64,000 nt of DNA from Podarcis vaucheri (Eukaryota). The notes beneath the pieces are model-generated. The model had not been told where the DNA came from. It saw nothing but the letters and a program-made list of their open reading frames with translations, and made no database searches. This document shows, in pieces, positions 49,355 through 61,010 of this stretch (position 1 is the first letter of the stretch; each line of letters starts with the position of its first letter). The position numbers and the translations under genes were made by a program. Location of the stretch: NCBI GenBank assembly GCA_965113315.1, contig OZ220375.1; one strand, written 5' to 3'.

Positions 49355-49745
49355 ACATGCCCTCCAACATTTCTCTGATGAAAATAGGGACATCCCACTC
49401 CATAATGATAATTTGACTATTTATACCCCACACATCTTATTGGGTTGCCCCAGCACTCTGGGCAGCTTCCAACATATACTGTATAAAAACATAACAAAAC
49501 ATTAAACATTACAAAACTTCCCTATACTGGATTGCCTTCAGATAGCTTGGGAGTCAGATAACTCCACATCATCCAACATTTCTCCAGTGAAAATAGGGAC
49601 ATCCTACCATACCTTCCAACATTTCTCCAATAAAAATAGGGACATCCTGAGGAAAAGCAGGACATTTCAGAATCAAATTAGAAACTGGGATGGCTTCTCC
49701 AAATTAGGAATGCCCCTGGAAAATAGGGGCACTTGGAGCGTCTGC
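49355..49745. repeat. Interspersed repeat (probably DNA-transposon derived) with three internal direct repeats
   Basis: ccaacatttctc..tgaaaatagggacatcc at ~49363, ~49573, ~49616. Confidence 0.55.
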
Positions 49746-51025
49746 AGGTAGGCAGGCAGGTGGGGGCTGCTTGAGGACAGAATCGGGTTGGTGGAGCTGT
49801 GCCCCATTTGCACTAATGAGCTAGGTTGCACTAGGCATATTGGGGGAAAGGCCTGGAAACACTGCTTGTCCAATATGGTATTTTTATTGGAATAAAATGT
49901 CTGGAATGGGATGTGTGTGCGTGCGCACACAACACCCACCCACAGCCTGAGTTCATGACTCTGCTGTACTGCTACCACAAGAGAAGAGAGAGGAGGAGGA
50001 GGAGGCAAGTGGCAAGTGTTTGCAGGTGACTTAACATTCCCACCCCTATTTTTCCTCTTTCCCTTTTGTAACAGGCAGCAAAAAGGGCAACAGAGTGTTG
50101 AGGATCACAGCACAAGCCTCAAGGGGAGAGAAAGTGCTGAAGGGGTAAGCAGCTGCACTACTCCAGACATTTTTCGATTGGGCTGATTATCTAGATCATA
50201 ATATTTTCTTTTTTTAAGAGGGCACATAGGGGGACTTGGGGACCACAAAAACATTTTCACATACTGGTAACAATTGTATCAAGGGGAATGCAGGAGTAGT
50301 CAGTTTTAAAATAGACATATAAAAATAAATTAAAAGCATTTTTTTAAATGGACAAATTAGGGGGTCTCAGAAAATGTTTGGCATCTCAGTGAAGCAGTAA
50401 GGTGGAAGAAACATTATTAAGTTTTTAAAATTAATAGACAAATGGGGGGTGCTTGGTGCACCAGAAAAAAATGTTTGGTGTCACAGTATCAAAGCAAGGA
50501 AGCAGGCAGCAATATATATTTTTGAAAATGTGGGGAGGGAACTAAAATAAAATATTTAGGTAGGTTGTGGGTTTGCTGCCCTGATCTAGATCCATTTTAA
50601 TCTGGGTTCGAGACTAGGTTCCATGCTAAAAAACACCTTGATCACCCTGCTGAATGACCAGCACTGGGAGAAGACATGCAGACAAGTGTGATCCAGTCAG
50701 TTTTCTTAAGCCTCTCTGCAGATTTCAGGATCACAACCACAGTAGCTTTCTCTAGCCTGGCTGTTCAGGATGGGAGCTGAAGCAACTTCGCTACAGTCGT
50801 TCTCATCCTACCTGCTGAAAGACTGTTTCCCAGAAACTGGTGCTGGAGGAACCTTCTGCTGAGGCCCACAATGCATGTTTTGTGAGGTTCTGTAAGGCTG
50901 TGTCTTCTTCCTCACTTTGTTTCAGCATTGCATGAGTCCACTGAGTGAAGTCATAGAATTGTAGCATTGTATAATTCCCTTTAATCCCACTGCTTATAAC
51001 TCTTTCTCTCCCCACTCCCACTTAC

Positions 51026-51052
51026 GTGTGTGTGTGTGTGTGTGTGTGTGTG
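51026..51052. repeat. (GT)n microsatellite followed by an old Penelope-like pLTR relic to ~51170
   Basis: GT run; then catctggtgaagtgggtcgtagtccatgaaagcttatg, a degenerate hammerhead-like motif. Confidence 0.7.
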
Positions 51053-51601
51053 AAGTTTAAGTGAGGCTTACATGTCATACATCTGGTGAAGTGGGTCGTA
51101 GTCCATGAAAGCTTATGCCACAATAAATGTGTTGGTCTTCCAGGTACCACAAGACTCTGCTGTTTTGCAGCAACATATTCTGCTGCCCCACTGGGAAGTG
51201 TTGATATTTCAGTACTGAATAATTTGAATAGCTATTTTAATTCCTCCCACCAAATGTTTTCTGTAGCAAACAGCAGGCTAAGGTGCCACTTTTTTCTTTC
51301 TTTTTTAACAGAAGCATGTCTTTGTTCCTGTAACAACTGCCCAACAGACAGAATGAAGAAGAAGCCCTGCTGGATCAGACCAAATGGCCATTTAATACAG
51401 CCTCCTCACAGCGGCCAACCAGATGCCTATAGAACATAAGCACAAAAGCCCTCTCCCCATTTCTGCTCCCTGGCAACTGATATTTCGGGAGACCATAAAG
51501 AAGAGCCCTGCTTATGGATTGAGCCAAAGGGTCTTTGGGTTGCCATACTTTGAAGAGAAAAAAAGAGGACATATTTGCCAACATCTACTTTTAACTATTT
51601 G

Positions 51602-51960
51602 AGGGACGCGGGTGGTGCTGTGGGTTAAACCACAGAGCCTAGGACTTGCCGATCAGAAGGATGGCGGTTCGAATCCCTGTGACGGGGTGAGCTCCTGTTG
51701 CTTGGTCCTTGGTCCTTGCTCCTGCCCACCTAGCAGTTCGAAAGCACGTCAAAGTACAAGTAGATAAATAAGTACCGCTCTGGCGGGAAGGTAAACGGTG
51801 TTTCCATGCACTGCTCCGGTTCAACAGAAGCAGCTTAGTCATGCTGGCCACATGACCTGGAAGCTGTACGCCGGCTCCCTCGGCCAATAAAGCGAGATGA
51901 GTGCCGCAACCCTCAGTCACGACTGGACCTAATGGTCAGGGGTCCCTTTACCCTTTACTT
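51602..51960 (+). mobile_element. Sauria SINE, full length
   Basis: gggacgcgggtggtgctgtgggttaaacc...ggttcgaatccc head, ggggtccctttacc tail; flanking ctacttttaactat direct repeat. Confidence 0.92.
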
Positions 51961-53249
51961 TTAACTATGGATCTCTATGGCGACTCTCATAATGAAAAAG
52001 AGGACCTGTCCTGGAAAAAGAGTATATGGCAACCCAGCATCCTGTAATCACAGTGGCCAACCAGATGCCTGTGGGAAGCAGAGCCTGATTGTAGAACATT
52101 AGCCACTAATAGCATGCTCCTCCATGGATTTGTCCGACTCACTTTTAAATGTTGGCTTTTTGCAATTTAGTAGCACCACAGAGAGCTTGCTGGGGAGACC
52201 ATGCATTAAAAAGGGACTCAAAAATAACTTAAACAAGGTTTTAATAACAAAAACAAAAACTCCTTATACACTAAATACATCAACAACAAACCAGACCCAA
52301 CCACCAACCCATCCCCCAGGGTAATGGGAGAGCTAGGTGCTGCTCCTTATATACTACACCCAATTGCCGACACAGCTTGATTAACACAACTCAGCAGCAC
52401 CTGCTATGTTTCACAGCTGTAAGACTGGGGTCTCGTTATTTGCCCTGGCCCTTAAAGACATACACAACTTGTGAAGCAATAATGAACCTTCACATTTTAA
52501 AGTGACCATTCAACATTAAAGCCATCCAGTTTGGTGTTCTCCTGTGGGAGTGAATGCCAAAGTTTAACTATGGTATGCTTTGTTCAAGAAGTATAATAGA
52601 ATCCTAGAGTTGCAAGGGACCGCGAGGGTCATCTCCTGTGATGCAGGAGTCTCTTCCCCAACGCGGGGCTGGAACCCACAACCCTGAGATTAAGAGCCTC
52701 AGGCTCTGCTGACTGAGCTAGCCTTTGGTTTGCCCCGAATCTTCCAACATACAGCTTCACATGGACCTACTGTTATGAGATCGGGAGACAAACTTAGCCT
52801 GTCCAGGTTCGCAAGATGCATATATTTATATATTTCTACCATGCTCCCCGCACCAAATGCCCTTTCCTCCTAAACTAAGAAGCTCAAAGCACTCAATTTT
52901 TTTTTGTGTGGGGGGGTACTTTTCAAGCTCTACAGTATCTTGTCTGAGTTGTGGAGACCAGAACTCTACACAATGTTCCCAGCATGGAAAAGGGGGGGGG
53001 GGTCTGCCCTTAACATCATCAGCGCAGGCGGCCAAGCGACGAGGAGAAACAGAAAGTCTTGGATTTCCACGACAAAGAGTCCTTTGGCACCAGAAAGACC
53101 AGCTGATTTAGTGTGGCGCTATCTGTCATGGAAGAAGACCACAGCTCCTCCGATGCGTGAATCCTCCTCCCAAAGAGGCGTCGAACTGGAATTGGCACAC
53201 ACGCATCCCCTGTCCCTTTAAAAGAGTTGCATAGAAGGGAGCGTTCTGT

Positions 53250-53673
53250 CAGACGCTGTTTCTCCCAGCACTGCAGCGCTGTGGTGGGAAAAGCCACGTC
53301 GAGGGGGGGGGGAATCTCCGTTCTCTGCAACTCTTAAAGGAACAGGATGACGACGACGACTCAAGACCCCCCCTGCACTGAGCAGGCAACCCTGGTTTGG
53401 GCTCTCCCGAGTCTTTCCAACCTTCCCCGGGAGGTTCTAGGCACTGGCGGGTCGGCGCTGGGACCCAGGAGGCGCTTCCGACTGGCGCGCTCGCCTTCTC
53501 CGCCGGGTCCATCTGCTGGGTCCGTGCGCCTCCCGGATGCCCGGCTCCGACCAGCCCGGCTCTTTTGTTCTGCAGCGGCCGGGCGGCGAGAGGTTTCCCA
53601 CCGGACGCTCATCTCCCCACCCACCGCCGGCCCATTGAAACCTTCAGTTGCCGCAGATCACAATGCAAAACAG
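53250..53673 (+). promoter_or_regulatory. ZNF524-like CpG-island promoter and candidate exon 1
   Basis: CpG island ~53030-53950; donor CAG|GTAATA at 53674; strong acceptor ttctcccgtctccgcag at 56336. Confidence 0.6.
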
Positions 53674-56378
53674 GTAATAGCCGCTGCCTATGCCTCCTGG
53701 TTTGGGTGGGTAGCTCTCTCCCTCGCCCCCCGCTCCCCCTTCCTGCCCAGCCTAGATCACAAATGGGGCGGGCGGGGAAAGCTTTGCAGCTCCGGGCGCT
53801 TCTCTGCAGGCTGGGGGCGCAAGGAGGAAGGGAGGGAGCAGGACCCTCGATCTGCGAGGTGGGCGAGAGATGGTTTGCATTGCAACGGGTCTGCTCCCTT
53901 TAAGCGAGACTTGTTTGCGTTTAAGGGATCGGGGTCGAGCCGGGGATTGTTGTGATGAAGATGATTTTAACGCAAATGGTTGTTCTAATGCATTCCTCCC
54001 CCTCTTACCGTTCCCTATCCAAGGGGAATCCAGCTCCCTTAGAAGCCCCTTCTGTTTATTTATTTATTATTATTTTTTAAATAATCCCAAATGCCTTCGG
54101 GCTGCCTCGTGATGGGAGTGAGGGAAGGGCACTCAGCACATGCCCAGAGGTGCCCTCTTCCCTATACTCGAGGAAAATCAGCCCAAAAACAAAACACAAA
54201 AGAGGGGGGCACTCAGGATCGTTCTAGAATCTGTCGCTAGATTCTGGAAGATTCATTGGCCCAAGGCTGCCAAAGTCTCAGTTCAGATTAAGCAACGAAG
54301 CTGGTTCTTATGTTATGGCTGTGACAGGGACTTGGTCACAGGAATTTAGCTGAAAGGTTGTGCATGACTCCCTTTTATCCAGTGTTAACAATCTGTAGGA
54401 TTGGTGGATTGTGGAAATGAAATGAATTGGATGTTGCTGATGGGGGAATCTCTTTTCCTAATTCAAATTGACAGCAACATGGTGAATTTATACTCTCCCT
54501 ATTCATCTTTTCTTTTCCCCCTTAACATTTCCAGTAGTGGATGCTGTTGGACTTTAGCGTTTGTTTGTTTAGAAAAGTGCAAAAGAGCTGGATTTGGCAA
54601 CTTGATGCATAGCATGGTAGCTTTAAAATGAATCAACCAGGGTTGTTTTTTTAAAAGTATTTCTCAAAGTTAAATTTTGAAAGTAGGGTTAGAAAATGGT
54701 CAGAATTCAAACGCAATCCACTGAAACATTGCTAAGCTTCAGATCTGTGCAAAATGTAATTGCCGTTCTAGTCGGTTCTATTTTGTATTTCAACATATTT
54801 CTGTAGAACTGGACGAGCAGCATCTGGAGAAAGTATTTGCAGAGAGGCTGGGAGACTGCTCTTTATCAGCAGATACCAGTTAAAAATGTATTAATATTCT
54901 GCTTAGGCTGTTTTCTAGGGCTGTTTGGAAATGGGTTCCAGAGCAGAACAGACTCAGCTCTGAGTCCTGCATTATAGCTGTGCCAAGAGATACCTGCTAG
55001 GTTTGTCTCCTGGTAATACAGATCTACATCTAAGTAATGGCAAGAGGTAATTCCCAGCAGATAAGCAAGTGAGTTTCTGCAGCTGACATCTGCTGTATCT
55101 TGGGGATAGATGGCAACCCCCAAGGAGCCCTGGGAATTACATAGTTTGTGCAAACTATGTTTAGGGTACATATTCAAATGTCCTAAGCGTTCCTCCTTAA
55201 CGTCTGTAAACAAGTCTGCTCTACTTGCAAAAGTGTGATGCACATTGCAATAAGGGATATAAGGCAAGGGTCACACATAGAATTGCAATCTCCTTCTTTC
55301 TATCCTTGCCTCAGAGTCAAAGCCCCCACCTCCTATGCATGATCAAACTTGGTTTCTTCTCAGTTATCTGGAATAGCTACCCAATCTGCATCCTTGGAAT
55401 GGCTAATTCAGTTTAGAATTCCCACTTCACTCATGAGTGCATATTGAAAGCTGGAGGAAAACTGCACGCTTGATCTGCCCTGGGTTCTGGGTATGGCAGG
55501 ATGGTTAAAATTAGATTATTGGTGTTAACAGATCTTAAGTATGAGTAGTGCAGACCCTCTTGCTGATGCAGTGCATGTTCAAGTTAGGGTACCCTCGCAT
55601 GCAAATGTCATTAATGTACAGTGAATAACTATACACACAGTTATTCACAGATGTAAAATGCATGTCTTTGTGTATATGTTTTTGCTCACAGATACCTTGT
55701 AGACATATGCATGTTTGCATTCCCATCCACAAGAGAAGATATTATCTGCAAGACTCTCTTAAGACCAATTTAGACTGTGCACATGTGCAGACACTGTACA
55801 CCATTATATCCATGCTCGAGTGCGTAGTCACACGCACAATTCAGTGTATATTTTAAAAGAACTGCACATACGGTTAGAGATTCAGGTAAGTGTGCACAGA
55901 GTGCACATATACAGTTAGGGTTTCTTTTAAATGTTTTAGATTTCAGCCCACTTTGGAGGAGGCATTAACTGGTGAGGAGGCTGGGGAATTGGAATCTCAT
56001 TCATAGTTTATGTAACTTGAGGGTTAACCCTGCTGAGTTCAAAAGGAATCACTTCCGTAAATGTTGCACTCTTGATCTCTAAGATGCCTAGGGTACTAGC
56101 CAACGAAGCCATACTCCGAGTAGACCCACAGAAATCAGTGGGCCTACGCTGAGTGTGGCTCAGGTGGCTATCACCCCATGTCTTTTGGAATGAATACTTG
56201 GATGTATTCTTGGGGTCTGAAATGCAAAGATGGTAGTGGCGCTTATACTTTTGCAGAAGACCAAATGCATTGCTGGGGTGGCGGGGTCTTCCTGATGGGC
56301 TTCTCTGTGGTTCTCACTGTTCTCCCGTCTCCGCAGCGATGTCCCTGTAGCTGAACGCGCTCTTGTTCCTGGTGCCCA

Positions 56379-57503
56379 ATGGAGCCATCTCACAGGTGGC
56401 ATGTCGACAGGGGTGATGGGCATCCAGCGGAGCTGCAGGCAAAGGCTCGGGTGCTGGTGCCAGGCGGGAGTAGTTGGCCAAGAGCGGAAAACCATGGCAG
56501 CGTCGGGCTTGAAAACCAGGTGATAGAAACCTGCCCCCCAGTTCCTTGGGCTCACTATATGCAGACCCCACTCAGCAATGACAGCCCCCAGAACCACACG
56601 GCCTTAGAGGACAGGCCCTCTCATCCCGAGATCTACAGCATTGCCCTGTGGGGGCCCAAACTGCATTCGGCGCTGACCAGGCACAGAGGGGGGCGGTCCA
56701 GTGCACAGGCCTCCCCTCCCGTCTCCAAGCATCTGGATCCGCCAGGAGAGGGAGACGCCGCAGACGAAGGGTCCATGGTGTTGATTGATGCTGAAGGGGT
56801 GCCCCACACTGTGTCACGCCAAGAGGTCGAGCAGGCTGGGCAGATGCAATCCTCTGAGCCCGAGCTGTTGGCATCAGCCCCGCCGCCCCGGCAGCTGTAC
56901 TTCTGCCCCATTTGCCTACGGACGTTCCTGTACCAGTCGGACCTGGAGCGCCACAGCATCACCCATTCGGAGAGCAAGCCGTACGTGTGCCGCGAGTGCG
57001 GCAAGGCTTTCAAGCGCTCGTCGCACCTTCAGAGGCACAAGCACATCCACACCGGCGAACGGCCCTTCAGTTGCCCGGTCTGCCGCAAGGGCTTCCGGGA
57101 ATCTGGGGAGCTCCTGCGCCACCAGCGAGTCCACACCGGGGAGAAGCCGTACCAGTGCCAGATCTGCCGGTTGCGCTTCACGGAGCGCAACACCCTCCGC
57201 CGACACGCCAAGCGCAAGCACGCCCGTGAGACCTACTACCAGCGCTCCGTCGAGGAGGGAGGCGGCAGCTGGACGACGGCAGGAGACTGGGAATCGGAAG
57301 TGGTGGCGGGAAGCAGTGACTGGGGGCCGGAGGAACTTGGGAGTGGCTGGACCAATGAATCGGTGGAGGACTGGGTCGGGGATGGGAGCCACTGGGGAGA
57401 AGCTGCAGAAGGCGGGGCAGGAAGCACTCCAGTAGCTATGTCACAGATACCAGAGACAGAACACAGCAAGGACAAAGACAAGCCTGGGATCCAGCCCTCA
57501 TAA
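56379..57503 (+). CDS. ZNF524: C2H2 zinc finger protein, ZNF524-like (4 fingers, acidic Trp-rich tail)
   Basis: [13 protein letters not shown] motif, [33 protein letters not shown] and [19 protein letters not shown] match ZNF524 as I recall it; synteny with FIZ1. Confidence 0.8.
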   Translation: MEPSHRWHVDRGDGHPAELQAKARVLVPGGSSWPRAENHGSVGLENQVIETCPPVPWAHYMQTPLSNDSPQNHTALEDRPSHPEIYSIALWGPKLHSALTRHRGGRSSAQASPPVSKHLDPPGEGDAADEGSMVLIDAEGVPHTVSRQEVEQAGQMQSSEPELLASAPPPRQLYFCPICLRTFLYQSDLERHSITHSESKPYVCRECGKAFKRSSHLQRHKHIHTGERPFSCPVCRKGFRESGELLRHQRVHTGEKPYQCQICRLRFTERNTLRRHAKRKHARETYYQRSVEEGGGSWTTAGDWESEVVAGSSDWGPEELGSGWTNESVEDWVGDGSHWGEAAEGGAGSTPVAMSQIPETEHSKDKDKPGIQPS

Positions 57504-60417
57504 ATATGCAAAAACTAGGTTGGGCGGGGGGCACCAGGGACTGGGACATGAACTCTGCCCTGCAACTGTCTAAAAGGACTTAAACATCTGTAACTGCATT
57601 GAGACTTCCTGCCCCCTCAAGTGAGGGCATGAGACTGAGGATAGGACCGTTTCCTAGAGCTGCTCTAGAATATTATGGCCTTTGAAGTATCAATCGGTGG
57701 GCATCACCAAAGACTGGAGAATGCTACTGGTGGACAGGGAAACATAACTGTCCCCTCCTTCCAACAATTATATCATGACATCCAGAGCTGTTGAGGGATT
57801 GGAGAAACAGTGTTATGCGTTAAACTCTGTAGCAGAGTATAGCAAATGAAACTGGGGAATTTGCTGTTTCTTGTGGTTTCCCAGAGGAATGGGCACTGGG
57901 TGATGTGTGCTCCTCTCCCGGTTTGTACCAAACAAAATGCCGATACACGTTGGTCCTCTGTAAGATTATTTGCCCCATTCTGAGTTGCTTTCTTGGCTCC
58001 TCCATGCAGTGGGGCATTTTCAAGTTTGCAAACTTTTCAATGAATTAACATATGCAAAAGAGCAGTTGTCTCCCTTTTCCTCCTTCCCCTTTCTTCCCCT
58101 GCCCCCACCTTTCCAAAAAGTGTGGCCTAAGGTTTGGAGATCTCTCCCTCAGCCCATAATGTGCGTGCTTGAATCTAGAGTTTGAGGGAATTGAAATATC
58201 TGGGTACATGTGGAGTTCTATGTCTTTGTGTATATGTGTGTTTGCACTTCTCAATAGGTGTGAGGCAAAATCCTAATGTGTAGGCAGAGATCCAATTTGA
58301 ATACGTGTCTGGAAGTGAAGGACTGAAAGGAAGGACAAGGGGAAGGACAACAAGCCCCAATCCCTCCCTTCTGCACACTGCAGCTTTCTCTCCTGTTTCC
58401 CTCTCAACATCCAGAGATGATGTGCGCTTAATACCTCAGTCCTAAACACATACACTTACAAGTAAATTGCATTCAAATCAGCCAGAATTACTTTTAAATA
58501 AATGTGTTTAGGGCTGAGGTGTTAGGTCCAGAGTGCCACATGAAGCAAGATCTTGACAAAGAATGAGCAGGGCAGATGTGCCGGTGCCACCACTGCACCA
58601 CAAAGGATAACTCATGCTTTCTCTGGATCAAGTCTTGAAACATCAATGTTTTGTGAAAAGTGCTGAAAATTCTGTGAGGAATCTCAAGCCCCTTCACAGA
58701 ACTTACATTTCCCACTACTGTACTTGTAGACTGTTCAACCCATAAACTTTTGGGCTTCTCATCTACAATTCCCCCCCCCCTAGCAAATTAAAAGAAGTGG
58801 GAGGCAGCAAGTTTACATAAACTCACAGTGTTCTCTTTGGGAAAGAACATGGCTGCTTTCAGTGGAGGCTCCCATTAGGGCAAATAGGGCAATGCCCCAC
58901 CAACCTTAGTCTGCTTCCAGCCAGCTGCTAGCCGCCTGCCTTCTTACATACAAGCAGCCTGGGGTGGCTGTGCCTGTAGCAGCTTCCTCCTCCTTAGTCT
59001 CTGTGTTGCCCCTTGTAGAACTCACCAGGGGAAAGGAATAGGGACTAAACTAGAATTATTTGGCTCTGTATCTCGTTGGCTCTGGCTCCATCTACTTTTG
59101 GGCTCTCTGCTTTCTGCTGTACCAGTTCCAGTGTGTGACAGTCACCACTGGCTGTTTTAAATGGTCCCAAACAGAGCTAGCCCTACCATTAGGCAGAGTG
59201 GAGCAGCAGATTATGGGGAGATGAAGTGGCATCGAAGTGTTGGAGGTCACATCTGTGTGTGGCATACAACATGCTCTGCACCTTCTAAACTAGTCTGCTG
59301 ACCTCAAGCATGGTGGAGGCTGATGTCCCGTTAGTTGCCAGTCCTCTTAGTTTCTGCGCATGGAATGAGAGGAGGCGCCATCTTGTCCTTCACCTCTGGT
59401 AGCAAATTGCCTTGTGTTGGACAGTGTCCCAATCAGGATATATTTGGAGGGAAGCAAAGGGGGAATTTGAGCTTTGGCAATGTCTGTCTTACATTTTGAA
59501 GGCAACTTCCCATACCAAACACAAGGCATCTCTTACAGGGCAGAACACATGGGAGGAAGTGTGTGAGAGAGCATGCTGCAGATGGAGAGAAATCAGCATG
59601 GCGATTCTCCATTATTTCTGTTTAAAAAGTGTAGGCTTTTGATACAGGAAATGGTTAGATTCCCAAAAGGGGCAATGTCTGCAGAACTGAGACCACACTG
59701 TAATATTACCGTGACCCCAAGTTTTATAATTATTTTACATATATTTGGCATGTGATGTACATGAGGGTTGGATGTTTTCTCCTGTCTTTATGCTGTTGCA
59801 CTTGATCTGAACTGAGATTTGCCCAGGTGCGTGATTGCACAAGCATTCAATGACCTGCTTACAAGGTCACATCCTTGTACTCTGTGTTACATCAGTATGA
59901 AAATAGCTAACATTCCCTTTCTTCCTTCCTCACAACCATAACTGCGGGTTGAGTCTCCCATTTCATTTATGGCTGCTTCCTTCCAATTCCTTTCCTAAAC
60001 AAAGTTCTTATTACACAAGTAACAAGCAGTGTAGAAGCAGCTTGAGAAATTGTTGGCTGCTCAGTCACAACTTATGAATGCACAGTGGCTCCCCATATGG
60101 ATCTGCCACTATCAAGTGGTTTTCTTCATGGCACTGCAAAACACTCCTACCAGTGGTTTACAACATCTCAGAGAGAAAACAAGAGTGGAGGTCCAGTCTG
60201 CAAAGTGAGCCACTGCTCACTATTAATGACATAGAGCAATTCCCTTACTGATTCAGTTTCAAGTGGTGTGTCTGACAAGGTGTCTGTCCAAGCTGATGCT
60301 ATATGAGAACTTTATGAACATCCTTGTGGCAGTTGGAGAAAGCAGGGTTGGTTGTAGTCACTCCATGCTACTGAAAATGATGTGGACCCCCACCTTTCTA
60401 AACTGCAGATGATAAGA

Positions 60418-60651
60418 TAAAAAAAATCCCTTCCAGTAGCACCTTAAAGACCAACTAAGTTAGTTCTTGGTATGAGCTTTCGTGTGCATGCACACTTCTT
60501 CAGATACATTGTATATACATACAGTGTATCTGAAGAAGTGTGAATGCACACGAAAGCTCATACCAAGAACTAACTTAGTTGGTCTTTAAGGTGCTACTGG
60601 AAGGGATTTTTTTATTTTGACTATGGCAGACCAACACGGCTACCTATCTGT
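60418..60651. mobile_element. Palindromic Penelope-like insertion with two opposed hammerhead motifs
   Basis: ~90-bp near-perfect inverted arms; hammerheads at 60470-60507 (-) and 60526-60563 (+); TSD aactgcagat(g/a)ataaga. Confidence 0.88.
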
Positions 60652-60869
60652 AACTGCAGATAATAAGAGGTGACATGGGTTGAACAGTCTGCATAAGGAT
60701 ATATGAGAGCACTCAAAAATTCATTTTTGTAGATACCACTGCTTGCACCTCCAGAATTTCTCTTGAAGCCTAATTTCCTGTATCAAAAGCCTAACAGGGA
60801 GCAGAGAAGGCTTCATTACAAGTGTGCCGTGTGTGTGTGTGTGTGTCAGTCAGAGAGAGGGAGGACAGA

Positions 60870-61010
60870 AGCTGGGATAACTCAGTCAGTAGATAATCTC
60901 AGGGTCATGGGTTTGAGCTCCGTGTTGGGCAAAAGATTCTTGCATTGCAGGGGTTGGACTAGATGGCCCTTGTGGTCCCTTCCAACTCTACAATTCTATA
61001 ATTCTATGAA
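60870..61010 (+). mobile_element. Short tRNA-head/CR1-tail SINE
   Basis: taactcagtcagtaga head, ggtcccttccaactctacaattctat tail; inverse copy near 52600-52720. Confidence 0.7.

Noticed and set aside
51602-51690. tRNA genes (also ~14920, ~19725, ~60875)
   Set aside because: A/B-box sequences are SINE heads continuous with SINE bodies
53347-53955. 202-aa ORF in the CpG island
   Set aside because: Low-complexity GC-rich frame crossing a splice donor; no recognisable domain
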